A DNA stretch of 64,000 nucleotides from a virus: positions 5,432-69,431 of the IMG/VR virus record IMGVR_UViG_3300030000_000007; one strand, written 5' to 3'. Within the stretch, counting starts at the first letter, position 1; each line of letters begins with the position of its first letter. The notes under the pieces were generated by a model that did no database searches, was not told where the DNA came from, and saw only the letters and a list, made by a program, of their open reading frames with translations. Made by a program: the position numbers and the translations under genes. Below are positions 19,477-28,993 of this stretch, one piece after another.

Positions 19477-20544
19477 TTATCTCGCTGATGGGCCTTCAGT
19501 AAACTTCTGACCGACTTTACTCCAATAAAGGACTTGAGACCCCTTTGTTAATTTTCTATTAACAGAAGTAGATTGGATAAAGACATCAAAGTTGCCAAGG
19601 TTCTTTGGAGCCAAACGAATATCTCCATAAGAAGGAAGACCAAGCATTTGACGTGTAGCATCACCACCATAAATCATGTTGGTGGTCTTATCACGAAGGA
19701 TAATCTTCTTGTAATCCTGAACCTTTGGTTCAGTTTTTGTAAGCATGTAGAAAGCACTGCCCTTCAACATAGGAGCTCCATTCAAACGCGCTTCGATGAA
19801 TGGTCGAATTTCAGCACCGTCATCTCCTGCACCAACTGGCCAAAGCATAACTTCAGATGAAATGTCTTCTGCTGCTTTCACAACATCAGCACTTGAAACA
19901 TTTGAAAGATCAGCATAGAACTTCTGTGTAGATGTTACACCGGAAGAACGAGCAGTAAAATACTGTGTGAACGCTTCTGCATCTCGTTGTGCTGCTACTT
20001 CAACACCTTTATCTGTTTGATCCCATTCTTGGATATTACCTTGAGAGATACCCAAATCATTTGCGATCTTTCTACCATTACCGCGTGGTACACGGAACAC
20101 AAAAGTCCAACGATCTGTGTAGGTAAGTTCTCTAATTTTATTAGCAAGTGATCGTGCTGTGTATTTACGTGAAGAGTTTTCAACACCATCAGTAATGATG
20201 AATACTAAAAATGAAACATCTTTATTAGATGCATCTGGAGTTGCTTCAAAAATTTCAATCAATTCACCAACGGAATCCCATAGTGGAGTACCACGCCCAT
20301 CTGCAACATATGACATTTCTGGAATAGGTTGAAGAACGTTTGAGTTAGCATTGATAACAACTCGACGTACACGATCAGTTTCACCATAGCCACATTCGAC
20401 TACGGAAACGAGGGTGTCAAGATTGTTTTGTTGGGATGAAAGACGTACAGATTCGATTTTTGAATTGTAGTCTCGAGCTGCAGCATGTGCAATAGTACGC
20501 ATAGAACCAGAATGGTCGCGAGAAAAACCTACATATGATCTCAT
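19477..20544 (-). CDS. von Willebrand factor A domain protein
   Basis: MIDAS motif DHSGSM, GTPLWD, IITDGVENSS. Confidence 0.85.
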   Translation of the reverse strand: MRSYVGFSRDHSGSMRTIAHAAARDYNSKIESVRLSSQQNNLDTLVSVVECGYGETDRVRRVVINANSNVLQPIPEMSYVADGRGTPLWDSVGELIEIFEATPDASNKDVSFLVFIITDGVENSSRKYTARSLANKIRELTYTDRWTFVFRVPRGNGRKIANDLGISQGNIQEWDQTDKGVEVAAQRDAEAFTQYFTARSSGVTSTQKFYADLSNVSSADVVKAAEDISSEVMLWPVGAGDDGAEIRPFIEARLNGAPMLKGSAFYMLTKTEPKVQDYKKIILRDKTTNMIYGGDATRQMLGLPSYGDIRLAPKNLGNFDVFIQSTSVNRKLTKGSQVLYWSKVGQKFTEGPSAR

Positions 20545-20731
20545 AATATAAACTCCTAAAAAATAAAATTAAAAAACAAAAGTTAGCAAAATCTAACAAA
20601 CATATTTATCAAGGTTTTAAACCTGATTTATTTATCCATTTAAGAAAACGTGATTTTTGAAAATAAAACCTCCCTTTCCACTGTCTCCACAGTAAATATT
20701 CCCACGAATAATATTTTGATCCAGCCATAAT

Positions 20732-21121
20732 TTACCAATCAATATCAATCACATACTCACCAGCTTCTAATAACCCCCTAGCATGCAAATCATTTGCAAT
20801 TTCCTGCACGTCTGGATAGAAATTTCGGTGCCACCATAAATCAATGTCCCAAGATGAACAATCTGGTTCACCACTGAGCAACTGTTTAGGATCACGGGCT
20901 AACCAAGCAGAAAAACTTACACCCATTTCTGGATCATTAACTATTTCTGGAACGGTGTCATTCACAAAACCAACACAATTGTCTGGAACTGTTAGTGGCA
21001 CCCGCTGTCGTTCTTGACAGTCGTCTTGTTGTTGAAAATTGTATGGTTTTTTATATGTTTTGATAACAAGTTTATCCCAGTCATCAACATCAATTACTTT
21101 CTCTGTTCGAACTTTAACCAT
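20732..21121 (-). CDS. hypothetical phage protein
   Basis: 129-aa ORF, coupled. Confidence 0.7.
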   Translation of the reverse strand: MVKVRTEKVIDVDDWDKLVIKTYKKPYNFQQQDDCQERQRVPLTVPDNCVGFVNDTVPEIVNDPEMGVSFSAWLARDPKQLLSGEPDCSSWDIDLWWHRNFYPDVQEIANDLHARGLLEAGEYVIDIDW

Positions 21122-21321
21122 TATTCAACTCCAAAATGTTCTTTAATTGCCAACAAAACATCGACACCTCTGTTAGGATATGCTGCATTAAATCCAACAC
21201 TCATGCATTCTCGCACGATCAATTCTGCGAACTTTTCTCTGTTAAAATATGGTGCCGAATAGCCGTTCGACCGGTCTTCATAACACTCCATTTCAAGTTG
21301 TTTAATTCTGTTGTTCATCAT
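21121..21321 (-). CDS. small paralog-family protein (EKFAELIV.EC..IKEHFGVE)
   Basis: Probable start MMNNRIK; motif shared with at least 7 other ORFs. Confidence 0.65.
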   Translation of the reverse strand: MMNNRIKQLEMECYEDRSNGYSAPYFNREKFAELIVRECMSVGFNAAYPNRGVDVLLAIKEHFGVE

Positions 21322-21571
21322 TATCACTAAAGTGGTCAGTAATCCGGTGGCAAGCATCAGCAAGATTAACAGCGTTAACCCCATCATATTTGAAATGCTG
21401 TGGATACACCTGTTTAATACACTCAAGCACAATCAATTTTGCGAGCTTTTCCATTTGTTCTTGAGAATAATAAAATACTGGTTTTCCATTTCCATTACGC
21501 CCTTCATCACCTTCCCACCCTTGCATTGCTGCTTTTTCAGGAAAAAGTTCTTTTAGGTTTTTATTCATCAT
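21302..21571 (-). CDS. small paralog-family protein
   Basis: EKLAKLIVLECI..ITDHF. Confidence 0.65.
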   Translation of the reverse strand: MMNKNLKELFPEKAAMQGWEGDEGRNGNGKPVFYYSQEQMEKLAKLIVLECIKQVYPQHFKYDGVNAVNLADACHRITDHFSDNDEQQN

Positions 21572-21777
21572 GGTTTAACGATTCGCATTTGCTTTGTTTC
21601 TGTATCATATTCAAGATTTATGTATTCTCCATACCTAAACCATTCGCGTAGTTCACCATAAATCTCATCATACTCATCTAATTCTCTAGTTAAACCAGCA
21701 TCATGGAGTGCATCACTTACTGCGTCTGGACTTTTAAATGTTAATGAAAGTTTCATTTTTCGACTCCTAAATATCTG

Positions 21778-22239
21778 TTACAATACTGCTTTCTTGACAA
21801 TGTTAGAAGCCATCTTACCATCGTACTGACCATCAAAACCGAGTTTCAATGCACTCATTACCATGCCCATATTAATAGGAGATGAAGTTCTGGATTTCAT
21901 ATCATTCAAGATTTCATCAACAACTTGAACCAATTCAGATTCAGTTAGCTGCTTTGGCAGTAAGTTTTCAAGTATTTTCTTTTCTGCTAAAGGTTGGTCG
22001 ATTGCAACACTGTTCGCGGTAGCACGGAACTTATCAAGATTTTCAAGAGTGATGTTGATATTCTTCAAAAATTTCTTAATAGTTTCAACTACTTCAGCAT
22101 CAGTTACATCGCGATTAGCATTCTTGCCAATCATCTCAATATCACCAATCAATGTAGTCAATAGTGAACTTTCAACTTGAAGACGTTGCTTACGTGCTTG
22201 GAGTTGATCCGCTTTAATTTTTTCAATAAGTGTTGTCAT
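21778..22239 (-). CDS. GatB/YqeY domain protein
   Basis: LIEKIKADQLQARK..EKKILENLLPKQL..MGMVMSALK..DGKMASNIVK. Confidence 0.9.
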   Translation of the reverse strand: MTTLIEKIKADQLQARKQRLQVESSLLTTLIGDIEMIGKNANRDVTDAEVVETIKKFLKNINITLENLDKFRATANSVAIDQPLAEKKILENLLPKQLTESELVQVVDEILNDMKSRTSSPINMGMVMSALKLGFDGQYDGKMASNIVKKAVL

Positions 22240-22459
22240 TTTATTTTTCCTCTTTATTTAGCCATACGGGTTCTGGATTTGGACCAGTTGTCACATCAGC
22301 AAAAAAATTACTTTTTCCAGTCTCAGTTATGATTCTTGCTTGATGAATAATTTCCATCAATTGAAGAGCTGTCATCTGTTTTAAATTGTCTTCATCAACA
22401 GTAATCAGTACTTCTTTATCATATACTACAATTGCTCTACCCATGATATTTCCTTTATT

Positions 22460-22813
22460 TTATGGACGTAAGTCTGGGCGATTATCGTAGATGCCCAATT
22501 TATCTTCTGCTTCTGGACCTTCTTCATATACGTCATTTGCAGCTTGCATCAGCAAAATCATTCGTTGACGCATGGTGTGTAATGTTTCTTCTTTTGAATG
22601 ACTACCTAGAAATTGTAACCAAGATTGAATAGAGTTTCCTTCATTCGCAGGTGCAGGAACTCCAGAATCAGCCCACAATTTCAAATGCGCACGGACTAAA
22701 TCATCATACTCTGCAGTACCATCATTCACCCCATCTGTGAGTGCTTTAACAACTGCATCATTGATTGCATTTGTAAATTCTTGTTCTGTAATTCCAGGAT
22801 ACCATTCTTGCAT
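22460..22813 (-). CDS. hypothetical protein
   Basis: 117-aa ORF with GGAG SD. Confidence 0.6.
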   Translation of the reverse strand: MQEWYPGITEQEFTNAINDAVVKALTDGVNDGTAEYDDLVRAHLKLWADSGVPAPANEGNSIQSWLQFLGSHSKEETLHTMRQRMILLMQAANDVYEEGPEAEDKLGIYDNRPDLRP

Positions 22814-22832
22814 TCTTTTTCTCCAAGTTTTA

Positions 22833-23117
22833 TCAATTCTTTTTAAAATACTTATTCAATAATTCTCTACAATCCAAAGAAGCATCCACCTTTCCAAGTT
22901 GAAATGCAACATTAACGGGATCATAATTTGCTGCATTTGGTTGTGGAATTCCAGATGAAATCCTTGCAGCTTCATTAACTATGACATCAATACATGCATT
23001 GATAATTGCCCATGCAAATTTTTCTTCTTTAGGAAGTAAATCTGTTCTATCAAATCCATTACATTCACCAGAAATTAATCTCGTTTGAATGGCAAGTTCA
23101 CTAAATTTTTCATTCAT
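22833..23117 (-). CDS. small paralog-family protein
   Basis: EKFAWAIINACI..LNKYF. Confidence 0.65.
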   Translation of the reverse strand: MNEKFSELAIQTRLISGECNGFDRTDLLPKEEKFAWAIINACIDVIVNEAARISSGIPQPNAANYDPVNVAFQLGKVDASLDCRELLNKYFKKN

Positions 23118-23422
23118 AGTGTGTCTATCCTTTTTATCGATTTAATGTCCTTAATCCTACGCAGATGACCCCGGCCCATTGCTCTATCTCTCCATCTCCA
23201 CCCAAATTCTAAATCTGGAGTCCATCCTTCTGTTTTCCAATGAGGAGCCTCATCATGTTCATTTAAGGATTGCAGAAGATAAATGCATGGATTATTAAGA
23301 CATTCTTTAATAATCAGTTCAGCAAACTTTTCAGGGTCAAGTTCTAAATGGGGACCAGCAATACCTTCTCTTCCATCTGAAACCATTGCTAATTCCATCA
23401 ACTGTTTAATTTTAGAATTCAT
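23114..23422 (-). CDS. small paralog-family protein
   Basis: MNSKIKQL..EKFAELIIKECL. Confidence 0.65.
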   Translation of the reverse strand: MNSKIKQLMELAMVSDGREGIAGPHLELDPEKFAELIIKECLNNPCIYLLQSLNEHDEAPHWKTEGWTPDLEFGWRWRDRAMGRGHLRRIKDIKSIKRIDTL

Positions 23423-23613
23423 TTAGTGCACCACATGAGTGATCAGGTAATCCATCTTCAACTCCAAAAGAATCCTGTTATAGCATTCCCGCCACCCACC
23501 AATCCCAATGAATGACCTCGTCTGCGACTCTTCATTTGTACGGTGATTAGCTTCTTCAGCTAATATGTTAGCAACCTTCGTACCAACAATTGCTTCAAAT
23601 AATTCATCTTTCA

Positions 23614-23904
23614 TCATTCAACTTCAAAATGTTTCTTAATAAGTGCAACATATTCTGTGGCGCCCATCACTCTACCAACCTTATATGCCACATCAACATA
23701 GTTATCCCGGTTTGACTTAGGCATACTTTCTGAAATAGCTACACCAGCTTTAAGGATCAAGAGTGAACATTCTGAAACAACCAGTGCAGCAAAATGTTTG
23801 TCCCTTGTTTTGATGTAATCTTCATGACCACAAAATCCACATACAGAAAGTGCGTACCTCTCAGCACTTAACGTAAATTCGAGGTATCTTGCATCAGTAA
23901 TCAT
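23614..23904 (-). CDS. small paralog-family protein
   Basis: HFAALVVSEC..IKKHFEVE. Confidence 0.65.
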   Translation of the reverse strand: MITDARYLEFTLSAERYALSVCGFCGHEDYIKTRDKHFAALVVSECSLLILKAGVAISESMPKSNRDNYVDVAYKVGRVMGATEYVALIKKHFEVE

Positions 23905-24191
23905 AATTCAATTCCAAAGTGTTGCTTGATGTGTTGTACATTTCTACGTGATCCACTAATTACCCCTGCTGAAAAATCCTTAACAGAGTCAACAGCATGT
24001 TCATTTATCTGTTTCGTCAAATGCTCAGAAATAACTTCTTCCCGACGTTGACATATATCAATACATTCCTGAACAATCAATTTAGCAAACTCATCTTTTA
24101 ATTTGTTCAATTGATCCATATTGAGAGCTTGCCATGTTTCTGGTACTGCTACATCAAGTGCTTTTCCAAATAATGCATCAATGTTATTCAT
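23901..24191 (-). CDS. small paralog-family protein
   Basis: EFAKLIVQECI..IKQHFGIE. Confidence 0.65.
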   Translation of the reverse strand: MNNIDALFGKALDVAVPETWQALNMDQLNKLKDEFAKLIVQECIDICQRREEVISEHLTKQINEHAVDSVKDFSAGVISGSRRNVQHIKQHFGIEL

Positions 24192-24452
24192 GATTTCCTC
24201 GGATAACCTTTATACAAGCAACTGTTGATTTTGAAAACAGCTTCAGCAAAATTACTATTTTTTACTGAATCATCTTCATTGAATCCCTTCAACTTCAATT
24301 CATCGCGTAAACGAATTAAATCTTCAATCAGATTTTCGTTGTATTTTGGTTTTTCATCTGCTGACAAAATGGCAGGGAAACGTGCAAGTTGTGCTTTTGC
24401 TGCACGTTTAGCATCTTTAGCTGAATCAAAATCCGCTACTTTAAAAGTCATT

Positions 24453-24650
24453 TTATTTAATCCCGAAGTATTCTTTAATCATTTGCTCTGCAGAAACCCA
24501 TTTAGCAGTTTTAGGATCTGAGCATGCATCAATGCAGGCTTGAATAATAGATTCGGCAAACATTCTTTCATTGCTATCTAAAACGAAATCGTCTACTGAA
24601 AGACCAATGCCATAAGCATTTTTGTAAATTTCTTTTACTAGAGTGTTCAT
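24453..24650 (-). CDS. small paralog-family protein
   Basis: MFAESIIQACI..IKEYFGIK. Confidence 0.6.
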   Translation of the reverse strand: MNTLVKEIYKNAYGIGLSVDDFVLDSNERMFAESIIQACIDACSDPKTAKWVSAEQMIKEYFGIK

Positions 24651-25075
24651 TTTAATATTTCCTGTAAATCTTTCCTAATCTTCATTAGCAATTTTCCTAA
24701 ATGGTTTTCACCAATTCCATTACATACACCCCAAAATTTATCTTTCCACCAATTTGTTTCTTCTAAATATGCATCACCCGTATTAATTAGTTTAGTTCTA
24801 AAAGGTTCTTGTGCAAATTTTTGAATCAATAAATCGTGCATTACCTCAAGTTTAATTATATCCCAATCTGGGATTAAAGTAATCTTGCCACCTGCTCTTT
24901 TTGCTTTTCCTGGTGTATCTTGTTGCTTAATAAATCTACGAAGACTCAAGTCAAAAGTTTTTGCTGCTTGATAGGCGTGCTCAACAGATGGATAAACATC
25001 GCCATCCATCTCAACAGAGGCTGGATAAAAATTAGAAAGGTATTCGTATTCTTTAAAGAAACCCATTATGCTCAT
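24647..25075 (-). CDS. NADAR family protein (YbiA-like)
   Basis: YLSNFY..SVEHAYQAAK..KF..LEETNWWKDKFWG..GENHLGKLLMKIR. Confidence 0.9.
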   Translation of the reverse strand: MSIMGFFKEYEYLSNFYPASVEMDGDVYPSVEHAYQAAKTFDLSLRRFIKQQDTPGKAKRAGGKITLIPDWDIIKLEVMHDLLIQKFAQEPFRTKLINTGDAYLEETNWWKDKFWGVCNGIGENHLGKLLMKIRKDLQEILK

Positions 25076-25691
25076 TTAATTTTCTCTTTTCTTTTTCTTC
25101 AATTTTGATTCGTACAGACTTTAAAAATCCAGGAAATGTATTAAGCACTTCTGGTAAAAGTTTGTGTCTTACCTTATTACGGAGATTGAAATTCACATCA
25201 TTATTAGTTTCATCATGTATGTATTCCAATTTGAAATGTGTAGCATATGTGAGAATTGAATTCTTAGATGCGATAATAAGAGGCCTGATGACATTTTTAT
25301 TCTGATAATCTAGAAGGTAACCATCTTGGCCACCTTGAAGTGATGTCATTAAAAACCATTCAGCAGCATCATTCAGATGATGCCCAGTTGCAATCGGAAT
25401 ACTTTGCTTATTAAACCATTGATTACGACATTCACTCCAATATCTTTCTTTTGAATCGCCTTTAGGAACATCTTGAGGTTGACGTTCTACTACCAATTTC
25501 ACATTATTGATAGATGCAAAATTCTGTGCAAAAGCAAGTTCTTGTTTAGAAGTTTCAGTGAGATGATCATACGTAAAAAGCGTAATGTTTCGCTTTAGAG
25601 ATTTGACAACATGAAACAGAACAACAGAATCTACACCGCCAGAAAAAGCGATACCTACATCTTTTGGGAGAGTTCTAAACGTGTTAATCAT
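25053..25691 (-). CDS. tilS: tRNA(Ile)-lysidine synthetase, compact catalytic domain only
   Basis: PP-loop AFSGGVDS, TGHHLND, IRPL, DETN..RNKVRH; adjacent tRNA(CAU). Confidence 0.9.
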   Translation of the reverse strand: MINTFRTLPKDVGIAFSGGVDSVVLFHVVKSLKRNITLFTYDHLTETSKQELAFAQNFASINNVKLVVERQPQDVPKGDSKERYWSECRNQWFNKQSIPIATGHHLNDAAEWFLMTSLQGGQDGYLLDYQNKNVIRPLIIASKNSILTYATHFKLEYIHDETNNDVNFNLRNKVRHKLLPEVLNTFPGFLKSVRIKIEEKEKRKLNEHNGFL

Positions 25692-25716
25692 CTAATTATT
25701 ATATCATAGAAATAAA

Positions 25717-25752
25717 GCTGCCCCATATATTTTTACAATATATGGGGCAGCT
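25717..25752 (-). terminator. intrinsic terminator
   Basis: AGCTGCCCCATATAT..ATATATGGGGCAGCT hairpin followed by TTATTT. Confidence 0.7.
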
Positions 25753-25754
25753 AG

Positions 25755-25860
25755 CAAGAGACCTGTGCTTATAACCACTTAAGCTTCCGTCCTACTAAAT
25801 ATCCAAATAGATATTTAGTAGGACGTGTGAGATTCGAACCCACTATCTCAGGTTTATTCT
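25755..25860 (-). ncRNA. circularly permuted tRNA(CAU)-like RNA
   Basis: The 3' half (ATAAACCTG..GTGGGTTCGAATCTCAC ACGTCCT) precedes the 5' half (AGGACGG AA GCTT..AAGC A CAGGTCTC), joined by a perfect hairpin. Confidence 0.75.
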
Positions 25861-25937
25861 TGGTAGGTGAGGTGGGACTCGAACCCACTACCTCTGCTTT
25901 ATGAGAACAGTGCCCATACCACTTGTGCTTCTCACCT
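25861..25937 (-). tRNA. tRNA-Ile2/Met (CAT)
   Basis: Cloverleaf, loop CT-CAT-AA, CCA encoded, next to tilS. Confidence 0.85.
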
Positions 25938-26159
25938 ATCTAATTTGTTTCTTCATTAATTTTGAAGATAAATTATTATACCCTGAAAACGATGTAGTTA
26001 AAACTTATTTATCATTTTTTCGTCTATCTCTTTCTGATGTAAATTTTTCTTTATCTTCTTCCCTCATTCGAGGCGTGAATAAGAAGATAAAAAATTTATC
26101 TACATTCCTATTATAGGCATCCATCCACAGCCTTAAAAGCTTCTTCATTTGATTTACCT

Positions 26160-26522
26160 CTACTTAATAATGAGAGTTGAATCTAAACAGCAATTTTTCA
26201 ATTTTTCATATACTTCAGGATAAACATTTATGCACCCTGAACTTATAAAATGATCTTTTATGTTTATACTTTTTAATCTTTGCAATCTATTCTGTTCTGG
26301 CTTTAACAACCAGACACGATGAATAGCATATACCATATCATCCGTTTCTAAAAACTGAATAACATCTCCACCATATCCTGGATCCGAAGTGATTCGTTGT
26401 GTCAATTTATATTCACCTACAGGAGTTGGTATATTTTTACCCAACAACACTGGATAACATTCTTGTGAAATGTTAGAGGTGAAACAAATCGTAGCTAGAG
26501 CTAAAGTAACTATTACACTCAT
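26160..26522 (-). CDS. L,D-transpeptidase-like (YkuD) protein
   Basis: TPVGEY..AIHRVW..SSGCINV catalytic His/Cys pattern. Confidence 0.8.
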   Translation of the reverse strand: MSVIVTLALATICFTSNISQECYPVLLGKNIPTPVGEYKLTQRITSDPGYGGDVIQFLETDDMVYAIHRVWLLKPEQNRLQRLKSINIKDHFISSGCINVYPEVYEKLKNCCLDSTLIIK

Positions 26523-26528
26523 ATTTAT

Positions 26529-26556
26529 AAGGAGGGAAATTTAAATTTCCCTCCTT
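26529..26556 (-). terminator. intrinsic terminator
   Basis: AAGGAGGGAAAT..ATTTCCCTCCTT hairpin. Confidence 0.6.
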
Positions 26557-26559
26557 TCC

Positions 26560-26970
26560 TCATTCACCCTTTTTCTTAGGCTTAACTTCTACAAATACTG
26601 TCTTTTCAATTATTAAAGTTTTTTGTGGAACTATAACTGCTTCTTCAATATGTGGTCTAATAAAAAGATATTCACCTCTTCCTAGTTCTGGATACCAATC
26701 ATACCCATCACATTGGAGTTTACCTTCTATTCTTTTACATTTGACATCTACTACTCGTGGCCACAATGTAGCAGCAGTAGGATATCCCGGTAAGTATTGA
26801 GGCGTATGGTAGATGCTAGCTCCTGCATCCCATGGTTGTGCTACCTCAAAACCTACAGCACCAGAACCTAATTGATGAACTTCAACATTAACAGTTTCGG
26901 CATGTGTGATACCGAAATAAATCAATACTAAGAGTCCTAACATAAATCTCTTCATAATAATTCCCTCCAT
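26560..26970 (-). CDS. secreted protein
   Basis: Signal peptide MKRF..THA; PQYLPGYPTAATLWPRVVDV.C. Confidence 0.75.
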   Translation of the reverse strand: MEGIIMKRFMLGLLVLIYFGITHAETVNVEVHQLGSGAVGFEVAQPWDAGASIYHTPQYLPGYPTAATLWPRVVDVKCKRIEGKLQCDGYDWYPELGRGEYLFIRPHIEEAVIVPQKTLIIEKTVFVEVKPKKKGE

Positions 26971-26981
26971 GATAGTCGGAA

Positions 26982-27557
26982 TTATTTAATGCCAAGTCGT
27001 GCTTTTACAACTGGGTCGTTACCAGAATACTTAGAATAATCTGGGACTATTGATTTCTGTTCAACTTGTGGGCAGATGTATCCAGTTAGTTTGAGTGCTT
27101 CAGCATTCATTGGGTCAGTACACATAAGAGCAAGTGATGCAGCTTTCATGCCCATGTTCCAAAGTTCGCGGCTGTTTTTCAGCATTTTGCAGTTGTCATC
27201 AACCCAAGTTGTACCACCACCGATACCAAGACCAGCAATGTTAACTGATCCAGATGTTGAACCCATACACGTGTCGTTAGACGTCATAAGGTTTGGTCCA
27301 GAAACAGATGGTACGTTCTTTACAGTTTGTGAACCACTGTACTCAACGTGCGAGGTTGAGTCTGCTGGAGATGTGAATGTGATCGCTTGTGAGTTGCCAG
27401 CATTCATTGCAGCAGATCCAGACACAGAAGATGTAGTCGAAGTTGATGTGGCATCTGCTGCAGATGCTGCTACAGAAAAACACAATGCGATAATAGTGAG
27501 AATTTTTTTCATGTTGGTTCCTTTATGAATAGTTTGGGTGGTATTTAAAAATACCAC
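26982..27557 (-). CDS. secreted Cys-containing protein (probable start MKKIL)
   Basis: Signal peptide; DTCMGSTSGSV..GLGIGGGTTWVDDNC..LWNMGMKAASLALMC domain. Confidence 0.75.
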   Translation of the reverse strand: MVFLNTTQTIHKGTNMKKILTIIALCFSVAASAADATSTSTTSSVSGSAAMNAGNSQAITFTSPADSTSHVEYSGSQTVKNVPSVSGPNLMTSNDTCMGSTSGSVNIAGLGIGGGTTWVDDNCKMLKNSRELWNMGMKAASLALMCTDPMNAEALKLTGYICPQVEQKSIVPDYSKYSGNDPVVKARLGIK

Positions 27558-27568
27558 CCAATTTTCTA

Positions 27569-28303
27569 TTAGATAGAAGCGTTAGTAACTTTTACGTTAC
27601 CACTGAACGAACCAGATTGGAACGAACCAACATTCTTCACATCACCAACTGTTAATGTACCACCAGCACCAACGGTTTCATTGCCACCGATTACATTTCC
27701 GTAAGTAGTAGTCTTGTCAACACCAGCTGTAATGCCAGTTGCTGAAGTACATGTTCCACCGCGGCACTGTCCATCCTGTGCAGATACAGTCACAGCAGAT
27801 ACATTTGCAGCAACTGCATTGCTACCACTGAATGCCAAACCGCTGTTAACGTTTTGAGCAAATGACTCTGTACCAACAACTGCATTTGATGTAACAGAAG
27901 AAGTAGTGCCATTAGTCTTGGAAGGTTTAGCAACTGTTGCCGTCACTGTACCATTACCATATTGCGATGCTCCAGCATAGGAACCACCCAATCCAACACC
28001 ACCAGCTGCAGTGAAGGTTGAACCAGTTGAAGTTGCTGTTGTAATACCATTAGCAGTTTTTTGACCCACGTTTGTAGCACCATCAACACAAGTTGTGTTG
28101 GTAGCGTATGCTACTGAACCATGGATAGAGCTTTGATTTACCCCATTTGCTACTGAATAGCTTGAGGTTGCCCCATTGACTTCAGATGATACAGTTGCAA
28201 CAACCGTAGGTGCTGGAGTAGGTGCAGGTGATGGACCATTATGAGCCATTGCTGAACCAAGAACGGCCAAGAGGGCCAAAGAGATAAGAGATTTTTTCAT
28301 CAT
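27569..28303 (-). CDS. secreted Gly/Ser/Thr/Ala-rich beta-repeat protein (fibre or adhesin-like)
   Basis: Signal peptide MMKKSL..AMA; low-complexity beta-type repeats. Confidence 0.75.
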   Translation of the reverse strand: MMKKSLISLALLAVLGSAMAHNGPSPAPTPAPTVVATVSSEVNGATSSYSVANGVNQSSIHGSVAYATNTTCVDGATNVGQKTANGITTATSTGSTFTAAGGVGLGGSYAGASQYGNGTVTATVAKPSKTNGTTSSVTSNAVVGTESFAQNVNSGLAFSGSNAVAANVSAVTVSAQDGQCRGGTCTSATGITAGVDKTTTYGNVIGGNETVGAGGTLTVGDVKNVGSFQSGSFSGNVKVTNASI

Positions 28304-28334
28304 GTGTTTCCTTCAATTTAACTAAAAAAATGAA

Positions 28335-28421
28335 GGTAACGAACCTACGGTGGCGATGTTCAACCGTACTCTTTCGAGGTTAGGTACATCGCTTGTGCAT
28401 CGACATTTCTGACGAATTACC
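28335..28421 (-). promoter_or_regulatory. structured pseudoknotted 5' leader
   Basis: GCGATGT/ACATCGC and TACGGT/ACCGTA are interleaved helices; GAAA-capped hairpin; lies right after a TATAAT. Confidence 0.45.
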
Positions 28422-28569
28422 ATTATACCAGCCTGTTACCAGGTTGACCGTCATAAAATCTTTTTGATATATTTTATGTAACGAATGAGATTAACCTGCG
28501 TTAAGTTAATCTAGTAATGTCATTTGAAAACGACATTAATGGATTATCCTAAATTAATTTAGAAGTTTC

Positions 28570-28688
28570 TTGATGTTATTGGAATCGAACCAATTGACTG
28601 CATGCGGCTTTACGGTTACCATACTTGCATCTGAATCGAACAGAATCCAACCCTATTTACAGTTTCTCTACCCAGGAGAAAACATCAA
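28570..28688 (-). ncRNA. tRNA-like RNA with two T-loops
   Basis: GATGTT/AACATC acceptor, D arm, anticodon arm replaced by an insert carrying a second GTTCGATTC arm. Confidence 0.55.
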
Positions 28689-28993
28689 ATTCTTGCACCC
28701 CGATTATCAGGACGGCTTTGATATTTCAATCTTGTAGTTTACTACCATTTGCATTGCAAAAGTTCCGTGTTGTCATTGTGGCCACGGTTGCCTTGACGTC
28801 TATTGCAAATTCTTTCATCTATTTATAGAAAGTCCGATCAACATTTATGCTTCATTTTGTCATACTGCTTAATGTAAAATTCAACATCAGCAACAGAATG
28901 AAGTTCTTGTTGGTTTAGATATTCTTCTAAAGTGATTGTTCTATCTTCTAAAGATAGGGTTTCTAACAGTGAGTTCCATAATCGTACTAGCAT

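Noticed and set aside
19477-20544. Ro60/TROVE partner for the Y-like RNAs
   Set aside because: The vWA domain is N-terminal and there is no helical TROVE domain.
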